From positions 1 to 31,109 of IMG/VR virus record IMGVR_UViG_3300044484_000047: 31,109 bases of DNA; one strand, given 5' to 3'. The notes under the pieces are model-generated. The model did no database searches and was not told the origin of the DNA. It worked only from the letters and a program-made list of their open reading frames with translations. Of this stretch, positions 8,908 to 18,732 are shown one piece after another; position 1 is the first letter of the stretch, and every line of letters starts with the position of its first letter. Position numbers and translations under genes: made by a program. Source of the DNA: a virus. Taxonomy: Duplodnaviria; Caudoviricetes.

Positions 8908-10452
8908 GTGGCCCGCAATCCCTTCGGCCCCTGGACTCCTGATCTCAATCCGCACCTCGTCCAAGGTGGCGGCCTCTTGGTCGCGCGCAACGTGCTGCCC
9001 TCCCCGGATGGCTACAAGCAGTTCCCTGGGCTGACCCCGCTCTCGAGCTTCACCCTGCCGTTCCGCCCGAAGAGCGCGATCCGCGTGCTCACATCGGGCG
9101 GCGCGAGCGAGTTCTTCGCTGGCTTTGACGACGAGACGGTGCCGACCGCGCCCGTCGCGAAGCTCTACCGGCTGACCGAGAACGGCTGGATCGACGTGTC
9201 GAACGCGATCCCGTATCAGGCGCTCGGCGTGACGCGCTGGGGCTTCGCGCAGTTCTCCCGCTTCGTCATCGCCTGCCAGCGCGGCGCGGACACGTCGATC
9301 TTCGAGATCGGGCGCAGCGCCACCTTCGAGCCGATCCGCGGCCACGTCCCCCGCGCGCGGCACGCGACGGTCGCCGAGAACTTCCTCTGGCTCGGGGATC
9401 TCGTCGATCCGGTCGAAGGCGTGCTGCCGAATGCGGTGGCGTGGGGCCCGCTCGGGTCGCCCCAGGACTGGCCGGCCCCCGGATCCGACGAGGCGACGCA
9501 GGTTCAATCCGGCAACCAGATCCTCGAAGGCGATGGTGGTGCGGTGCAGGCCGTGATCGCGGGCGCCGAGGTCGTCGCGATCTTTCAGGAGGGCGCGATC
9601 TGGCGCGCCGATTACGTCGGCAACGACATCGTGTGGCAGCTCAACCGCGTCGTCCCGGACAACGGTCTGCTCATCAAGGACGCGGCGATCCAGTTCGAGC
9701 GGGGCGTGTTCTTCATCGCGAACGACGGCTTCCGCATCTTCAACTTCACGTCGAGCACGAACATCGGGAAGGGCCGCGTGAACGATTGGTTCTTCGCCGA
9801 CTACGACGAGAGCTACCCCGATTCGGTGACGGTCACGCGCTGCACCTGTTCGACGCGGATCTTCGTGTCCTACGCGGGCGCGGGGAACGTCGGCGGCGTC
9901 CCGAATCGCGTCCTCGTCTGGGACTGGATGCTCGATCGGTTCTCGTTCGCGGAGGTCACGCACGCCGCAGCGATCGGTGTCCAGTCGACCGTTGCTTCTC
10001 TCGACGCCCCCGACACGCCGAGCGATCCCAACCTGCTCGGCGACGCGCAGCCCTACGGGCTCGACTCGTTCGACGATCGACCGATCGGACAGGATCAGGT
10101 CTCGATCGGCGCCTTCGACTCGACCTACCGGCTCTCCCGCTTCACCGGCGTCGGGCTCGAGGCGACGCTCGAGACGGGCGACATCGAGTTCTTCCCCGGC
10201 CGTCGCGCGCTGCTGAAGGGCGTGGCGCCGAATCTGGGGAGCGACGAGGTGACGATCCAAGTCGCGGGCCTCCCGAATCGGAACGACCCGGAGCCGGTCT
10301 ACACCTTCGGCGATCGGCAGCCTCTTCAGGAGGACGGCTATGCGCGCTTCGAGGTCGACTGGCGCTACCACCGGCTGCGGTTCAACCTGGGCCGGAGCTT
10401 CACGCCGGCGACGGCCTACGACGTGGACGCGCGGCCGACCGGGAGATTCTGA
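8908..10452 (+). CDS. Tail nozzle / DNA stabilisation protein (P22 gp10 or tubular B-like, beta-propeller)
   Basis: 514 aa, GTG start after GAGGAG. Motifs PFG.W.PD, A.NV.P....YK and W.F.QF, with repeated beta-hairpins. Follows the adaptor. Confidence 0.8.
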   Translation: MARNPFGPWTPDLNPHLVQGGGLLVARNVLPSPDGYKQFPGLTPLSSFTLPFRPKSAIRVLTSGGASEFFAGFDDETVPTAPVAKLYRLTENGWIDVSNAIPYQALGVTRWGFAQFSRFVIACQRGADTSIFEIGRSATFEPIRGHVPRARHATVAENFLWLGDLVDPVEGVLPNAVAWGPLGSPQDWPAPGSDEATQVQSGNQILEGDGGAVQAVIAGAEVVAIFQEGAIWRADYVGNDIVWQLNRVVPDNGLLIKDAAIQFERGVFFIANDGFRIFNFTSSTNIGKGRVNDWFFADYDESYPDSVTVTRCTCSTRIFVSYAGAGNVGGVPNRVLVWDWMLDRFSFAEVTHAAAIGVQSTVASLDAPDTPSDPNLLGDAQPYGLDSFDDRPIGQDQVSIGAFDSTYRLSRFTGVGLEATLETGDIEFFPGRRALLKGVAPNLGSDEVTIQVAGLPNRNDPEPVYTFGDRQPLQEDGYARFEVDWRYHRLRFNLGRSFTPATAYDVDARPTGRF

Positions 10453-10793
10453 TGTCGCATGAACAGATCCTCACCGCAAAGCCGCCGCTCTTCTTCGGCG
10501 AGCCGCAGGATGATCGGGAGTTCACCCGAAAGGTCTCGCTCATCGTGCGCGAGCTCCAAGATGGCAAGCTCAACACGATCCACCAGATCACGCTCCGTCC
10601 GAACGAGACGACGACGCCGGTCGAGCACAGCCGAGCATCGGTCTTTACGGTGGCGCTCTTCTCGCCTAAGAGTGCGGCTGCCGCCGCCGCGATGGCGACG
10701 ATCTGGTACACCGCCAGCAAAAGCAAAGTCGAGCTCCACCATGAAGCGCTCCCGGACTCCGATCGAATCTTCGGCGTCGTCCTCCTCGGTTGA
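10452..10793 (+). CDS. Small tail-associated protein
   Basis: TGATG-coupled start. 113 aa with an N-terminal helix followed by beta strands (GKLNTI..ITL). Confidence 0.7.
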   Translation: MSHEQILTAKPPLFFGEPQDDREFTRKVSLIVRELQDGKLNTIHQITLRPNETTTPVEHSRASVFTVALFSPKSAAAAAAMATIWYTASKSKVELHHEALPDSDRIFGVVLLG

Positions 10794-11205
10794 GGCGTTC
10801 CTCTACGACCCGACCACCCTCACCGCGCAGGAGTGGCAGCCGCTTCGACTCCTGCTCTGGGCCGCCATCGACCGATCGAACGGAGAGGCCGACCCGGACG
10901 CGACGCTGATCGACGTGGTGCGGGGGCGGGCGCAGCTCTGGGGCGTGAGGAAGCACGAGGAGATCCAGGGAGTCGTCGTCACGAAGGTCTTGCGATTCCC
11001 CAGCGGCAAGAAGACCCTCCTGATCGAGCTGGCCGCGGGCAACGACCTCACGTTCGACGAGATGCGCGGGATCATGGGTCGCCTCGAGCACTATGGCCGG
11101 GTGATGGAGTGCGAGGCGGTCAGGATCTACGGGAGACAGGGTTGGGCTAAGGTCTTGGAGGGGTACGGGCAACCCTTCACGGTTCTCGAGAAGGAGTTGG
11201 GCTGA
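10741..11205 (+). CDS. Putative degenerate GNAT-fold virion assembly protein; start uncertain
   Basis: Motifs W..L..LL..AI.RS.GE, QLW, T....FP....L.I..AAG and C..V.IYGR.GW.KVL. Sits before the ejection genes. The nearest in-frame ATG is 10741. Confidence 0.65.
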   Translation: MKRSRTPIESSASSSSVEAFLYDPTTLTAQEWQPLRLLLWAAIDRSNGEADPDATLIDVVRGRAQLWGVRKHEEIQGVVVTKVLRFPSGKKTLLIELAAGNDLTFDEMRGIMGRLEHYGRVMECEAVRIYGRQGWAKVLEGYGQPFTVLEKELG

Positions 11206-12125
11206 TGGGCTCAAGCGCACCGACAGAGCAGACCTCCATCACCGAGCCGTGGTCGGGCTCGAAGCCCCACGTCCTCGAGTTCTTGCGGCGATCCGAAGAG
11301 CAATCCAACATCGCTGGCCGGATGTATCCGCTCGACATGACCACGGGTCCCGGCCAGCTTTCGAGTGCCGGACTCGAGCAGGCGAGGGGCATGATCGGGC
11401 TCGATACGGCCGATCAGGTCCGCGCCTTCGCCGGCGAGGCGATGGGCGGCTTCGCCTCGAACCCCATGCTCGACCAGACCTACGACGCCGCTGCGCGCGG
11501 GATCACACGGAACTTCCAGCGGGTCACGCAGCCGGGCATCGAGAGCGCCTACGCTCGCGCGGGTCGCGGCACCTCGAGCGCCTCGGGCGGCGCGGTCGCC
11601 ACGGCGCAGGAGGGTCTCGCCGCCTCGCTCGGCGATCTCTCGAGCCAGTTCTATTACACCGACTACGAGCGGCGGATGGGCGACCGCTTCCGCGGGGCAG
11701 CGCTCATGGGCTCCGCCGACCAGATGGAAGCCGGGCAGATCGGCATCCTGGGCACCGCTGGCGCGCAGGAGGATGCCTACTCACAGCAGCGCCTCAACGA
11801 GCTGATCCAGCGGTACAACTTCCAGCAGCAGGAACCGCAGCAACGGCTTGACCAGTACGGGCAGCGGATTGGCGCGATCTCGCAGGGCTACAGCTCCACG
11901 ACGACGACCGGCATCCCCAGCGCTGGCGGCAGCCCGGGCCTCGCTATCGGTCTGGGGCTCCTGTCTGCATTGGCGACCGTCTACTCCGGCGGAGCCGCGG
12001 CGGCTCCGATGGCGGCCCTCATGGCCGGCGGTGGCATTGCCGGCGGCTTGTCTGGGGGCGGAGCCGGTGGCACGGCTCAATGGGCGAATGGCGGTGGCAA
12101 GATGGCACCGATCGGGGGGTTCTGA
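11205..12125 (+). CDS. DNA ejection (pilot) protein, P22 gp7-like
   Basis: Gln/Ala/Gly-rich with NP.L and YNFQQQ.P..RL..Y motifs and a Gly-rich hydrophobic C-terminus. TGATG-coupled at both ends. Confidence 0.7.
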   Translation: MGSSAPTEQTSITEPWSGSKPHVLEFLRRSEEQSNIAGRMYPLDMTTGPGQLSSAGLEQARGMIGLDTADQVRAFAGEAMGGFASNPMLDQTYDAAARGITRNFQRVTQPGIESAYARAGRGTSSASGGAVATAQEGLAASLGDLSSQFYYTDYERRMGDRFRGAALMGSADQMEAGQIGILGTAGAQEDAYSQQRLNELIQRYNFQQQEPQQRLDQYGQRIGAISQGYSSTTTTGIPSAGGSPGLAIGLGLLSALATVYSGGAAAAPMAALMAGGGIAGGLSGGGAGGTAQWANGGGKMAPIGGF

Positions 12126-13621
12126 TGAAGTTCCTCGAGAACCTTTCGGAGTTCACGGGCGGCGCCCGAGGCGGATTCGGTGCGCTCGGCGAAGTGCTGG
12201 CGGCTGCCGCAATGGGCGAGGCGAATGCCCGGCCCGGCGACCGCACCGGCGCGGGCGCTGCGCGCGGGTTCGCGGTGGGCGTCGGCGGCCTTCAGGATGC
12301 CTTCGCGCGCGGGCGCGGGATGCGCGACAAGGAGCGCGTCCGGTCGATGGCGATGACGAAGCTCGAGGATCCCAACCTCGGCCCGGCCGAACGGGACCTC
12401 TACACCGCCATTGCGTCGGGCAACACGGCCGCCCTCGATCTCTTCGACGAGACGCTCGCCGCCCGTTCCAGCGACCGGGCCGACCGGGCCGAGCAGGCGA
12501 AGCTGAACTACTACGAGGGCAAGCTCCGGGGCCTCACGGCTCCGAAGGCTCCCACCGCGGAGCAGATGACCCAGCACCGCGAGATCATGGCGCTGCGCCG
12601 GCAGTTCATCGAACGGCCGGAGGCGTTCGCGGACATCGACCTCCAGAACCCGGACAACGATCTCGTCCGCTCGCGCCAGATCTCGCCGGTCGGTCAGGAT
12701 CCGCTGGGCGAGCTCTACCTCGAATGGTCGGGCCTGGATCCGCTGATGAAGGATCGGGTCGCCTTTCAGGATATGGTGAAGAACCGCTACGGACAGGAGG
12801 GGCTCAGCCTCCTCGCGAGCGACTACGGGGTCAACGCCTCCGAGTTCAACCCGCCGGAGACGGGGGGCGACGTGGCGGACGTGGCGCAGAACCCGACCGG
12901 GGGCCCGGCCGACGCGATCGTGGACACGATCTCCGGGCTCGGCGATGCCATCTCGGGCCCGTCCAACGCTCCCTCGTTCTTCGACACGGAGTACGGCGGA
13001 CTCTTCAACTCGATCTTCGGCACCAACTACCAGGGGCGGCAGTCGCGGCAGACCCGGATGCAGGGTCTTCTCGGCGAGCTGGAGTCGGCCGCGCTCGGTC
13101 AGGACTCCACGGCGCCGGCTGCGAACAGTCCGCTCATCCCCGACGACCAGATCGACTCCGAGTTCCAGGCGATCACGCGGCCGGACCTGATGCGACGGGA
13201 AGACGAGCTTCGCCGGACCACGGGTCCGCAATCGCGATTCGACCAGTTCATCTCGCAGATGTACCCGAGCACGACGCCCGAGCAGAGCATGATGCAGAAC
13301 CCGACGCTGCCGATCCGGGCGGGCATGGAGTTCGACGCCGCCGTCCGCGAGATCCCCGGCCAGCTTCGAGGCGGCATGAGCGATCTGAGGAACGCGATGT
13401 CGCGAGTCCCGGGCGATCTGATGCAGGGGTTCCGCCGCGCCGGAGAGGGCGACTACGGCCCGGTCGAGGTGGACGCCTACGGCGCCGGCGTGAAGGCGCG
13501 CGAGGACTTCCAGCGCGCGATGGATCCGATCACGCGCCGGCTCCAGCCCTACTCTGATCTCTCTCCGACCGATCAACAGGAGCGCGAGCGGTTCCTTCGC
13601 TCGCTCGGCTGGAGTGGCTGA
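12125..13621 (+). CDS. Putative internal virion / ejection protein
   Basis: TGATG start at 12125. Gly/Ala-rich amphipathic N-terminus. Lies between the other two ejection genes. Confidence 0.65.
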   Translation: MKFLENLSEFTGGARGGFGALGEVLAAAAMGEANARPGDRTGAGAARGFAVGVGGLQDAFARGRGMRDKERVRSMAMTKLEDPNLGPAERDLYTAIASGNTAALDLFDETLAARSSDRADRAEQAKLNYYEGKLRGLTAPKAPTAEQMTQHREIMALRRQFIERPEAFADIDLQNPDNDLVRSRQISPVGQDPLGELYLEWSGLDPLMKDRVAFQDMVKNRYGQEGLSLLASDYGVNASEFNPPETGGDVADVAQNPTGGPADAIVDTISGLGDAISGPSNAPSFFDTEYGGLFNSIFGTNYQGRQSRQTRMQGLLGELESAALGQDSTAPAANSPLIPDDQIDSEFQAITRPDLMRREDELRRTTGPQSRFDQFISQMYPSTTPEQSMMQNPTLPIRAGMEFDAAVREIPGQLRGGMSDLRNAMSRVPGDLMQGFRRAGEGDYGPVEVDAYGAGVKAREDFQRAMDPITRRLQPYSDLSPTDQQERERFLRSLGWSG

Positions 13622-16600
13622 TGCCCGCTCGCGAAGTCGACTTCAAAACCTACGCCGCGTGGAACCGTGAGCAGGAGGGCCGCGTCGTCGTCGAGGACAC
13701 GCACCTCCCCTACGACGATGCCACGGGGCTCCCGGTCAAGAAGGGCGAACCGCTCCAGGGCAAGCTGACGATCGGCTATGGGCACCTCGTCGGCGAGGGC
13801 GAGGACTACTGGAGCGGGCTCAGCGAGGAGCAGGCCGTCCGGCTGCACGCGAACGACCTGAAGCGGCACGCCATCCGCGCCGCGGCGGTCGTGGGCGAGC
13901 AGAAGTTCACGTCGCTACCCAGGACCGACCAGATCAAGCTCATCGAGCACGAGTGGAACGGCGGCCTCAATAACTACAAGGGCTTCGCTCAGGCCGTCCT
14001 GCAAGGCGACGAGAAGCGTCAGCTCGAGGAGCACCACCGCTACGTCGTCCAGCGCGACAAGGACGGCAACGTGCTCTCGAAGAAGCCCCTCGGCCGGAAC
14101 GAGGCGTGGGAGCAACTCTTCTACCCCGAGGCGGCGGCAGCTCGGCAGGATCCGAAAACGGAGGCCGTCCGCCGCGCGGACCCCGCCTACGCCCACAAGG
14201 ACGCGGAGGAGGAGGGCCTCGGCCCGAAGCTCTTCTCGAGCGACAAGTTCCAGCAGATGGATCCCGAGAAGCGGGTCGCATTCCTCGGTGGGATGGACCC
14301 TCGCTTCCAGGCCATCATCGACCGCGAGCCCGAGCGCGCCCGCAAGATGGCCGACGAGTTCGCGGAGCTCGGCGCGCTGGAGGATGACGCGAGCGTTCTC
14401 GATTCGTTCGCCGGCGGCTTCGAGCTGGGCATCGGCATGGCCGCCCAGACGACGAGCAACGCGATCAAGATCATCGAGGACGCGGGGCTGATCGAAACCA
14501 AGGCCGACGACGATCTGCTCGTCTGGGCGAACCAGCGGCAGATCTCCGGGCGGGACCAGATCGGGACCGACTGGCAGGATCAGGTCGCCGCGATCCTCGG
14601 CGGCATCCCGGGCGGCATCGCGGTCCCGGCGGCAGCCACGGGCGCGGCCGTCTTGGCGCTGCCGGCGCTCGGCGCGGGCGCGACGACCACCGCGCTTCTC
14701 GCCCCCGTGCTCGGCTACGGCACCGCGGGCTACATCGCCGCCCGACACGAGGGCGCCGACAAGGCCCTGCGGCGGGCCGCGATCGACGGCACGACCAGCC
14801 TCCTCGGCCCGCTCGGCCAGCACCTCCCGCGCGCGGCGCGCGTGGCGATGGAGTCGGCCGTCAACTACGCGCTGTCCTATCAGGACGACCCGACGAAGCG
14901 GGGCATCGAGGCCCTGTCGCTCGGCCTCCTCGCCGGCATCCCCGGCAAGCGGCCCCCGATCTGGGCCATGAAGCAGGCCGGGATCAAGCCGGAGTCCTTC
15001 GAGGGCGCGGCCGAAGCGCTCGACGATTCCGCCCGCGCGGCGGACGCGCGCAAGCTCGTCACCGATCAGCTCGAGAAGCCCCTCCCGATGGCGATCTGGA
15101 GCCAGGACGGGCACCGCTACGACACGCTCGGCGATGCCCTGAAGGACGAGGGCGCGGCGATCAACCGCACGGCGCCCTACGAGATCGCGCCGCAGGACAT
15201 GGCCGACATCGACATGGTGCGGTTCAAGAACCGCGCCGACGAGACCGCCAAGGATCCGCGCGAGCTCGTCGTCAAGACCGAGACCGATGCGCCGTCCGTC
15301 GAGTACGCGCCCGGCCCGGGGCACATCCGCGCCCGGCCGTGGGGCTTCGACGAGGACGTGGCCTCGGCCGGAGCGAGCAACTGGAACGAACCATCGGGGG
15401 GTGGGGCGGGTCCCGCGCACATCGGCCAATGGCGGCGTGAGCCCCGTCCCGAGCAGCGCGGGGCCCGTGGCATCTTCTCGGCGAAGCAGAAGAAGCCCGG
15501 CGAGATCCTCGCGCCCTTCGCCCAAGCGTTCGGCTTCACCGTCGAGCGCGGCAACGTGACGGGCGCCGGTCCGACGACGCTCGGTTGGTGGTGGCGCGCG
15601 ACGCGCGAGATGAAGGTGCTCCGCCGGCAGAACCTTCAGGTCGCCGCGCACGAGGCGGGCCACGACCTCGCCTACACGCAGCCCGCGCTCCGCCGGATGA
15701 TCGAAGGACCCGACTTTCAGGCGGACATGCAGCGCATGGTCACGGTGCTCACGCAGGCCGCTGGGCAGCCGATCACCGGGCCGAACGGCGGGGTCAACAT
15801 CTCGGCGATCTTCCAGCATCAGAACGCCCTGCCCCCGGAGCTGCGGTACATCCCGGAGCTTCTCTCGGTCTCCTACGACCGGGCGTCCGTGTCCGAGGGG
15901 ATGGCCGAGACGATGCGGCTCTTCCTGACCCAGAACCGCTTCGAGTTCAACGGGCAGCAGCGCACCCTCGCGCAGCACATCCCGAACGTCCACCGGCGCC
16001 TGACGGAGTGGGTCTCCTCGCTCCCGAAGGCCCAGCGCAAGGCGCTCGAGCGCTTCCAGCGCGAGGCCCACGCCTTCGTGAACGAGGACGCGGAGCTCTC
16101 GATCAATAGAACGGTTGGCCGTGACATGAGCACGGACGCCGCGCTCGAGAGCGCTGCGGCGAAGATCCGGCAGGAGTGGGTCGACGATCTCTCCGGCCTC
16201 GAGAACATCTGGAAGCAGACGAAGTTCGACGGCGAGATGGTCGGCGATTCCTGGGTGCAGGGCTTCCGCCAACTGCGCGGCGTCGGCTCGATCATGGAGG
16301 GCCTCATCCGGCGCGGCGCTCCTCGGTTCATCGACGACCCGAACCGGCCCGGCAAGCGCATGATCGACCCGGATGGATCCGGCCCGGCCCTGCGAGAAGC
16401 GCTCGCTCTCGCCGGCACGACCAAGGCGCAGCGCGAGGAAGCTGGGCGCTACGTCCAGGCATACCAGTCCGAGGAGCTGGCCGCGCAGGGCCGCGAGAAC
16501 CTGCTCCAGCCCGAGCAGATCGCGGCTGGTCTCGCCATCGCGGATCGGCGCCCGGAGCTTCGGCAGATGGTCTCGCAGCTCGAGGACATCGCGCGCCGCG

Positions 16601-18732
16601 TCGCCGACTTCGGCGAGGAGGCGGGGATCTTCGGCGCAGAGGATCGCGCGCGGTGGGGCCGGAGCCGGTTCATCCATTCGTTCATGCGCGACATGGGCGA
16701 TCAGCTCGAGACGAACGGCGGCAGCATCATGGCGGCGAACGCCGCGACGCGCCGGCTGGCCGGATCGGACCGCAACCTTCGCAAGCCGTGGGAGGAGCTC
16801 ATCCTCGACACCCACGCGCGCACGATCAAGCTGGCGATGGAGAACATCGCGAAGCGCGATTTCGTCGACACGATCCTCGAGCCCGGGCGCGGTGGCGGTC
16901 GCTTCATCGAGACCTACGCGCCCTATCGCGCGAGCCGCGGCGGGCAGACGATCCCGGAAGCGATCGGCAACATCGGCCCGCGCAACGGGCCGGATTGGAT
17001 GACGGTCTGGCGCGACGGGAAGCAGCACAGCTACCGGCTCAAGGATCCGCTCGCCGTCCGATCGCTGATGATGCTTCGGCGACCGGCTGCGATCTTCAAG
17101 TGGTGGAACAACCTCCAGTCGCTCAAGCGGGGTGCGATCACGATCGCTCCCGGCTTCATGGCCGCCGCGTTCGCGAAGGACATCGGGATGCACGCCATGG
17201 TGTCGAAGACGGGCGGATTCGCGCTGACGAAGATGCTCGGCGGACTCAAGAGCACGCTCCTTCAGGATCGCCACTACCGCGAGTTTATGATGAACGGCGG
17301 CGGCTTCTCGAGCCTCTACGGCAATCAGGAGTCGACGATCCGAGACATCCGGCGCTTCGCGCAGCGGCAGGGGATGGATCCTCGCTACCTGCTCGTGACG
17401 CCGAGCGATCTGATGAAGCCGCTCCATCTCCTCTCGCACGCCCTCGAGAACGCGGGGCGCGTCGCCGAATACAAGGCCGCGCGGCGGCAGGGTCAGGCGG
17501 CGAAGCACGCGGTCTACCTCGGTCGCGAGGTGAACACGGACTTCGCGCGCCGCGGCGAAATGGCGGGGATGCGCTTCCTCTCGGAGACCATCCCGTTCTT
17601 CGGCGCCATGATCCAGTCGCATGACAAGCTCGCGCGCGGGCTCATCACGGACGAGACCCACAAGCTCGCAACCGGGCTGAAGATGGGGCTGCTCGCGCTC
17701 GCGTCGGTCGGCCTCTACGAATACAACCGGCGCTATGCGCCCGAGTACGAAGAGGACGTGCCGGACTGGGCGCGAGCTGCGTTCTGGCATTTCTACATCC
17801 CGATGGAAGACGCCAACGGGAATCGGATGCGTGACGCGAAGGGCCGCCTCGCGAATCACCACTTCACGATGCCGAAGATCTTCGAGCCGGGCCTGCTCGC
17901 CACGATGGCGGAGCGCACGATGATGGAGCTCCACAAGAGCACCGATCGGGATTGGGCGCAGTACGGTCTCGACATCGCCGGCCTCTCGCTCTCGAGCTTC
18001 GGCATCAACGTGGCCGATCGCTCGTACCCTCTGCCGCTCCCGATCGGTGTCGACGTGCTCGTCGAGCAGGGCGCGAACCGCGTGCTCTTCACCGGGAACC
18101 CGATCGAGTCGATGGAGATGGCGGCGCGCGAGGCGTCCTATCGACGGAAGGCCGACACGCCCGCGGCGCTGCAAGCGTGGGGCGAGCTCTCCCAGGACTT
18201 CCCGATCCCGGACTGGCTCAAGAGCCCGGCCCGCAGCGAAGCGCTCCTGCGTGGGTTCTTCGGCGAGTGGGTGACGATCGCCGATCTCCTCACCGAGAAG
18301 CGCTTCAACGACGCGGCGCCTACGCGAAGCGTCGATGAGCTCCCGGTCGTCGGCAAGTTCTACCAGCGGCCCGACAAGTACGACCGCTCCGAGAATGAGT
18401 TCTACGAGCGCTACCGAAAGGTCGAGGAGATCGTCAAGACGAACGACTACCTGCGCGAGCAGGCTTTCACGCCCGAGAAGCGCGAGGCCCTGCTCGAGCG
18501 CCGGCGTGACCCGGAGAATCGTGTCGCCGCCGGGCTCGAGCCGACGCTCGATCGAACGCGGGCGAAGCTCGCCGACATCAACCAGAAGATCGAGACGATC
18601 AAGCTCCTGCCGGCCGGGAAGATGACGCCGGACGAGAAAGCCGCGAAGATTCGCGAGCTGATCGGCAAGCGTCGCCTCATCATGTCGGGGGCGAACAAGG
18701 CTTCCGAGCGCGTCGAGCAGAGGTATCGCTGA
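13621..18732 (+). CDS. Large internal virion / polyvalent protein: lysozyme-like N-terminus, HExxH motif, LPD38-like C-terminus
   Basis: N-terminal EG...PYDD...TIGYGH (GH24-like E/D/T), hydrophobic Gly/Ala helices, AHEAGH at 15646-15663 with a later SEGMAE, and C-terminal VPDW.R..FWH..IP...MPK.FE.G. Confidence 0.8.
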   Translation: MPAREVDFKTYAAWNREQEGRVVVEDTHLPYDDATGLPVKKGEPLQGKLTIGYGHLVGEGEDYWSGLSEEQAVRLHANDLKRHAIRAAAVVGEQKFTSLPRTDQIKLIEHEWNGGLNNYKGFAQAVLQGDEKRQLEEHHRYVVQRDKDGNVLSKKPLGRNEAWEQLFYPEAAAARQDPKTEAVRRADPAYAHKDAEEEGLGPKLFSSDKFQQMDPEKRVAFLGGMDPRFQAIIDREPERARKMADEFAELGALEDDASVLDSFAGGFELGIGMAAQTTSNAIKIIEDAGLIETKADDDLLVWANQRQISGRDQIGTDWQDQVAAILGGIPGGIAVPAAATGAAVLALPALGAGATTTALLAPVLGYGTAGYIAARHEGADKALRRAAIDGTTSLLGPLGQHLPRAARVAMESAVNYALSYQDDPTKRGIEALSLGLLAGIPGKRPPIWAMKQAGIKPESFEGAAEALDDSARAADARKLVTDQLEKPLPMAIWSQDGHRYDTLGDALKDEGAAINRTAPYEIAPQDMADIDMVRFKNRADETAKDPRELVVKTETDAPSVEYAPGPGHIRARPWGFDEDVASAGASNWNEPSGGGAGPAHIGQWRREPRPEQRGARGIFSAKQKKPGEILAPFAQAFGFTVERGNVTGAGPTTLGWWWRATREMKVLRRQNLQVAAHEAGHDLAYTQPALRRMIEGPDFQADMQRMVTVLTQAAGQPITGPNGGVNISAIFQHQNALPPELRYIPELLSVSYDRASVSEGMAETMRLFLTQNRFEFNGQQRTLAQHIPNVHRRLTEWVSSLPKAQRKALERFQREAHAFVNEDAELSINRTVGRDMSTDAALESAAAKIRQEWVDDLSGLENIWKQTKFDGEMVGDSWVQGFRQLRGVGSIMEGLIRRGAPRFIDDPNRPGKRMIDPDGSGPALREALALAGTTKAQREEAGRYVQAYQSEELAAQGRENLLQPEQIAAGLAIADRRPELRQMVSQLEDIARRVADFGEEAGIFGAEDRARWGRSRFIHSFMRDMGDQLETNGGSIMAANAATRRLAGSDRNLRKPWEELILDTHARTIKLAMENIAKRDFVDTILEPGRGGGRFIETYAPYRASRGGQTIPEAIGNIGPRNGPDWMTVWRDGKQHSYRLKDPLAVRSLMMLRRPAAIFKWWNNLQSLKRGAITIAPGFMAAAFAKDIGMHAMVSKTGGFALTKMLGGLKSTLLQDRHYREFMMNGGGFSSLYGNQESTIRDIRRFAQRQGMDPRYLLVTPSDLMKPLHLLSHALENAGRVAEYKAARRQGQAAKHAVYLGREVNTDFARRGEMAGMRFLSETIPFFGAMIQSHDKLARGLITDETHKLATGLKMGLLALASVGLYEYNRRYAPEYEEDVPDWARAAFWHFYIPMEDANGNRMRDAKGRLANHHFTMPKIFEPGLLATMAERTMMELHKSTDRDWAQYGLDIAGLSLSSFGINVADRSYPLPLPIGVDVLVEQGANRVLFTGNPIESMEMAAREASYRRKADTPAALQAWGELSQDFPIPDWLKSPARSEALLRGFFGEWVTIADLLTEKRFNDAAPTRSVDELPVVGKFYQRPDKYDRSENEFYERYRKVEEIVKTNDYLREQAFTPEKREALLERRRDPENRVAAGLEPTLDRTRAKLADINQKIETIKLLPAGKMTPDEKAAKIRELIGKRRLIMSGANKASERVEQRYR

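Noticed and set aside
13915-18174. Very long antisense ORFs (1419 aa here; also 1634-4006, 4027-6576, 8791-10371)
   Set aside because: They mirror real genes codon for codon. This is expected in high-GC DNA with strong codon bias. They have no RBS or motifs and are Arg/Leu/Val-rich shadow translations.
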